Source: Deltaproteobacteria bacterium (GTDB taxonomy: Bacteria; Myxococcota_A; UBA9160; SMWR01). From it: 64,000 bases of DNA. The stretch is from NCBI GenBank assembly GCA_032128115.1, contig JAQBHB010000040.1, positions 1 through 64,000 on the forward strand. Reading direction: 5' to 3'. Shown in pieces: positions 60,889 to 64,000 of this stretch (its first letter is position 1; every line of letters begins with the position of its first letter). The translations under genes were made by a program, and so were the position numbers. A model generated the notes under the pieces. That model was not told where the DNA came from, searched no databases, and worked only from the letters and a program-made list of their open reading frames with translations.

Positions 60889-63800
60889 CAGAAGGGGTGG
60901 AAGCTGCCGCAGTCCACTCTGCCGAACTTCTCGCCCTGGATCTTGTTGCCGTTGCTGAGCTCCACGGGCTGGTCGCCCTCGAAGCGGTGATCGATCTGGC
61001 CGTCGAAATCCACGTCCTCGTCCTGGATTGACGCGCCGTTGGCGGCCACCGACTGCACCACGTCGGGCATGCGGTCATCGTTGGTGTCGGCGTCCAGGCG
61101 CACCCGCTGGCCGTTCTGGTAGACCTCGCGAACGTCGGCCACGCCATTGCCCGTGGTGTCTACCAACACCTCCACCACGATGCCGCTCTCGATGATCGCG
61201 CGGGTATTGAGCTTTGCTCCCTTCTCGTTGAGGGTGCATTGGGCGGTGACCTGCCCCGAGGCATCGAGATAGAGCTTTCGATCGGGCTGGCCGTTGCTTG
61301 ACACCTCCTGGATCGTGACCCGTCCAGATTTGTCCAGGTGGTTGAACACGTCCGGCTTGCCGCCGCCCTTCGTGTCCTGGCCCTGGCGCACCATGCGCCC
61401 CGCCTCGAAGTAGCTCCACACGTTGGTCTTGCAGTTGCCCGTGTTGTCCGTGTACTCGGCGCGCACCTGCTCGTTGCCGTCGAACCACTGCTTCAGGTCG
61501 ACGCATCCGTCTCCCCGCGTGTCCTGTTCCAGGCGGGCCAGCTTGCCCTTCTCGAACCAGACACTGAGATCCACTTTGCCGTCTCCGGTTCGATCCTCCT
61601 CTTTCTTGAGGACCGTGTCCTTCGCATCCGTGGTGATCCAGGTGTCGATGACTCCGTTTCCGTTGGTGTCGGCTTCCTGAACGCGGTGGCCGTCGGCGCT
61701 GGCCATGCTGCGCCGATCGATGGTCCCGTCGAAGTCCGAGTCCTCTTCCTGGCGCACCATCTCACCCGCTTCGTAGTACACGAAGAGATCCGGGGCGCCA
61801 TCGCGGTTGCGGTCCTTCTCGGTCTTCTGCTTCATGCCGTTCTCGAAATACGTCACCGTCTCGAGACGTGCATCGTGGTCCGAGTCCTCGTCGATGCGAA
61901 GTACCCGCTCCCGGTCGTCGAACAGGGTGATCAGGTCCGGGGTCCCGTCCGCGTTGCGGTCCTCGGCCTGGCGCGCCCGGCGGCCCTGCTTGTATTCGAT
62001 CTTCACGTTGGGCTGTCCGTCGCCATCCGTGTCGCTCTCGGAGAGCACGGGCTGGCCGGCCTGGTAGTGGGTCACCAGCTCGGGGCGCCCGTCGTGATCC
62101 TGGTCGGCCTCCTCGCGAATCAGGACGCCGTCGGAGTAGATCTTGTACAGGTCTGGATTGCCGTCCCCGTTGCGGTCGATCTCCTCCCGGCCGGGTCGTT
62201 CGGATTCGTCGAAGCGGACCACCACATCCGGTTTGCCGTCGCCGTCCGTATCCAGGCTCTGGCTGGTCTGGCGGCCGTTCTCGAATACGATCACCGAGTC
62301 GAATTCGCCGTCGCCCCGGGTGTCCTGGCGCTGGCTCGTCGGGACGCCGTTCTCGTACAGGGTCACCACGTCGTAGCGGCCGTCTCCGCGGGTATCGCGC
62401 TCGTCCTGGGTCTTGACGCCGCCCGCGTAGGCGACGCGCAGGTCGAATTTCCCGTCGCCATCGGTGTCGCGCTCCTCGCTCACGGGCTGACCGGCCCCGT
62501 CCAGGCTGCCGCGGGCGTCCACGCGACCATCGAAATCGCTGTCTTCCTCGAAGCCCCGGGGCACGCCTTTCGCGAAGGTCAGGGTGTAGTCGGGCTTCTC
62601 GTCGCCCCCCCGGTCTTCCTCGATCTTCTGGGTGACGCCGCGCGGGTCATTGGTGCGCCAGGAGTCGACGCGTCCGTTGCCGTCGCGGTCTCGTTGTACC
62701 GTCAACTCCTTTCCCGTCTTCGGGTGGAGTCGCACCCAGGTATCCACCGCACCGCTGTGGTCCGAGTCCTGTTCCTGGCGGATCAGGGCGCCGTGCTCGT
62801 CGTAGAAGTTCCAGAGGTCGGTCTTGCCGTTGGCGTTCTCGTCCAGCTCGACGCGAGCGAGCTTTCCGGCCTCGAAGAACTCCCGGCGGGGCATGGCGCC
62901 GCCTTCGTCGCCGCCGATGGTGCGACGTGCGATCTGATCGCCGTCGTACTCGTTGCGGGTCTCCAGGCTGCCGTCGTGGTCTTCGTCCAGGATCTCCACC
63001 AGCAGGGTGCCCTTCCCATCGAAGCGGTAGCGCGCGTCCAGCTTGCCGTCGCCGCTGCGATCTTCCTCCTGCACCGACTTCAACCCGTTTTCGAACACGA
63101 TGAAGGTGTCCATGCGGCCGTCCAGGTCGGTGTCGGCCTTGCGGCGGGTCGGTTGGTCGCCCGCGAATTCGGTGATCACGTCCGGCTTCCCGTCCCGGTT
63201 CTTGTCCTCCTCTTCCCGGACCTCGAGGCCCTTCTCGAACAGGCGCACCAGGTCCAGGCTGCCGTCCTGGTCGGTGTCCAACTCCTCGCGCTGCTTGCGG
63301 CCCTTCGCGTCCAGCAGGATCAGGAGGTCGGCGTTGCCGTCGCCGTCGTCGTCGCGCCACTGCCGGCGCTCCGTGCCCTCCTCGAAATAGGCCACCGACT
63401 CGAATCGCCCGTCGCCGGTGGAGTCGGCCTCGCGGCGCAGGATCTTCCCGTCGCGGTAGTGGGTGATCACGTCCGGTTTGCCCGACCCGTTGGTGTCCTC
63501 CTCGACCCGGATCTTCTGCTCGTTCTCGAAATGGATGGCCACATCGAAGGCACCGTCGCCGGTGGTGTCCTGCTGCTCCAGCAGCTTGGTGCCGTCTGGG
63601 TTGAAGCGGGCCCGGGCGTCGACCACGCCGTTGAAGTTCCTGTCTTCGTCGATCAGGATGGGCGTGCCGTTGCGGTAGCTGACCCAGCGATCGACCTTGC
63701 GGTCGAAGTTGGTGTCCTCTTCCAGCTTCGCCGGCAGGCTGCCTTCGTAGGAGAGGGTGGCATCGGGGCGACCGTCGGCGTTCCGGTCGTCCAGTTGGGT

Positions 63801-64000
63801 GCGTGGGATGCCTTCGTGGTGGGTGATCCAGCGATCCACCTTGCCGTCGCCGGTGGTGTCCTGCTCCTGTCGCGCTGGCTTCCCGTCCTCGCCGTAGTAG
63901 ACCCACACGTCCACGCGGCCGTCGAAGTCCTGATCGCGCTCCGCGCGGATCGGCTTTTCGTTCTGGTAGTAGACGAAGGCATCGTGGCGACAGTCTTCGT
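60876..64000 (-). CDS. Large acidic repeat protein with tandem ~23-aa Dx[DN]xDG repeats (5' end outside the window)
   Basis: The frame stays open to the window edge (EDCRHDAFVYYQNEKPIRAERDQDFDGRV...). Repeats such as QDTTGDGKVDRWITHHEG and EDTNFDRKVDRWVSYRNG. Confidence 0.9.
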   Translation of the reverse strand, partial: EDCRHDAFVYYQNEKPIRAERDQDFDGRVDVWVYYGEDGKPARQEQDTTGDGKVDRWITHHEGIPRTQLDDRNADGRPDATLSYEGSLPAKLEEDTNFDRKVDRWVSYRNGTPILIDEDRNFNGVVDARARFNPDGTKLLEQQDTTGDGAFDVAIHFENEQKIRVEEDTNGSGKPDVITHYRDGKILRREADSTGDGRFESVAYFEEGTERRQWRDDDGDGNADLLILLDAKGRKQREELDTDQDGSLDLVRLFEKGLEVREEEDKNRDGKPDVITEFAGDQPTRRKADTDLDGRMDTFIVFENGLKSVQEEDRSGDGKLDARYRFDGKGTLLVEILDEDHDGSLETRNEYDGDQIARRTIGGDEGGAMPRREFFEAGKLARVELDENANGKTDLWNFYDEHGALIRQEQDSDHSGAVDTWVRLHPKTGKELTVQRDRDGNGRVDSWRTNDPRGVTQKIEEDRGGDEKPDYTLTFAKGVPRGFEEDSDFDGRVDARGSLDGAGQPVSEERDTDGDGKFDLRVAYAGGVKTQDERDTRGDGRYDVVTLYENGVPTSQRQDTRGDGEFDSVIVFENGRQTSQSLDTDGDGKPDVVVRFDESERPGREEIDRNGDGNPDLYKIYSDGVLIREEADQDHDGRPELVTHYQAGQPVLSESDTDGDGQPNVKIEYKQGRRARQAEDRNADGTPDLITLFDDRERVLRIDEDSDHDARLETVTYFENGMKQKTEKDRNRDGAPDLFVYYEAGEMVRQEEDSDFDGTIDRRSMASADGHRVQEADTNGNGVIDTWITTDAKDTVLKKEEDRTGDGKVDLSVWFEKGKLARLEQDTRGDGCVDLKQWFDGNEQVRAEYTDNTGNCKTNVWSYFEAGRMVRQGQDTKGGGKPDVFNHLDKSGRVTIQEVSSNGQPDRKLYLDASGQVTAQCTLNEKGAKLNTRAIIESGIVVEVLVDTTGNGVADVREVYQNGQRVRLDADTNDDRMPDVVQSVAANGASIQDEDVDFDGQIDHRFEGDQPVELSNGNKIQGEKFGRVDCGSFHPFWWKR

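Noticed and set aside
60876..64000. RHS/YD toxin or DNA-level repeat array
   Set aside because: No RHS core terminal motif or toxin/immunity pair is seen, and the repetition is at the protein level only.

Overview
GC-rich bacterial chromosomal window with about 56 protein-coding genes. I found no rRNA, tRNA, CRISPR array, transposase or phage genes. The gene content (zinc-ribbon/Pro-rich protein, PilZ, PEP-CTERM proteins, sigma-54 regulation, F420/LLM enzymes, many sulfatase-like and GT-C-like membrane proteins) suggests a Gram-negative deltaproteobacterial or Myxococcota-like heterotroph; this is inference only. Main blocks: (1) a nitrogen locus with two ammonium transporters, one with an unusual signal peptide plus coiled-coil and coupled to an ExeA-type ATPase, the other behind a sigma-54 promoter and followed by a stand-alone Fis-type HTH protein instead of glnK; (2) C-terminally sorted surface proteins (two PEP-CTERM, one IPTL-CTERM-like hydrolase, one possible mini-ORF); (3) lipid/CoA metabolism genes, including a frameshifted carboxyltransferase; (4) a YfhO/GT2 envelope-modification cassette flanked by Thr-type sulfatase-like proteins; (5) a TetR-led catabolic operon (FAH, DoxX, DntD-like dioxygenase, ene-reductase, two PcpC/LinD-like GSTs) divergent from a nitroreductase; (6) two paralogous lipoprotein-type PQQ dehydrogenases; (7) the 3' part of a protein of more than 1000 aa built from DxDxDG repeats. 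All family assignments come from motif recognition by eye, not database searches.
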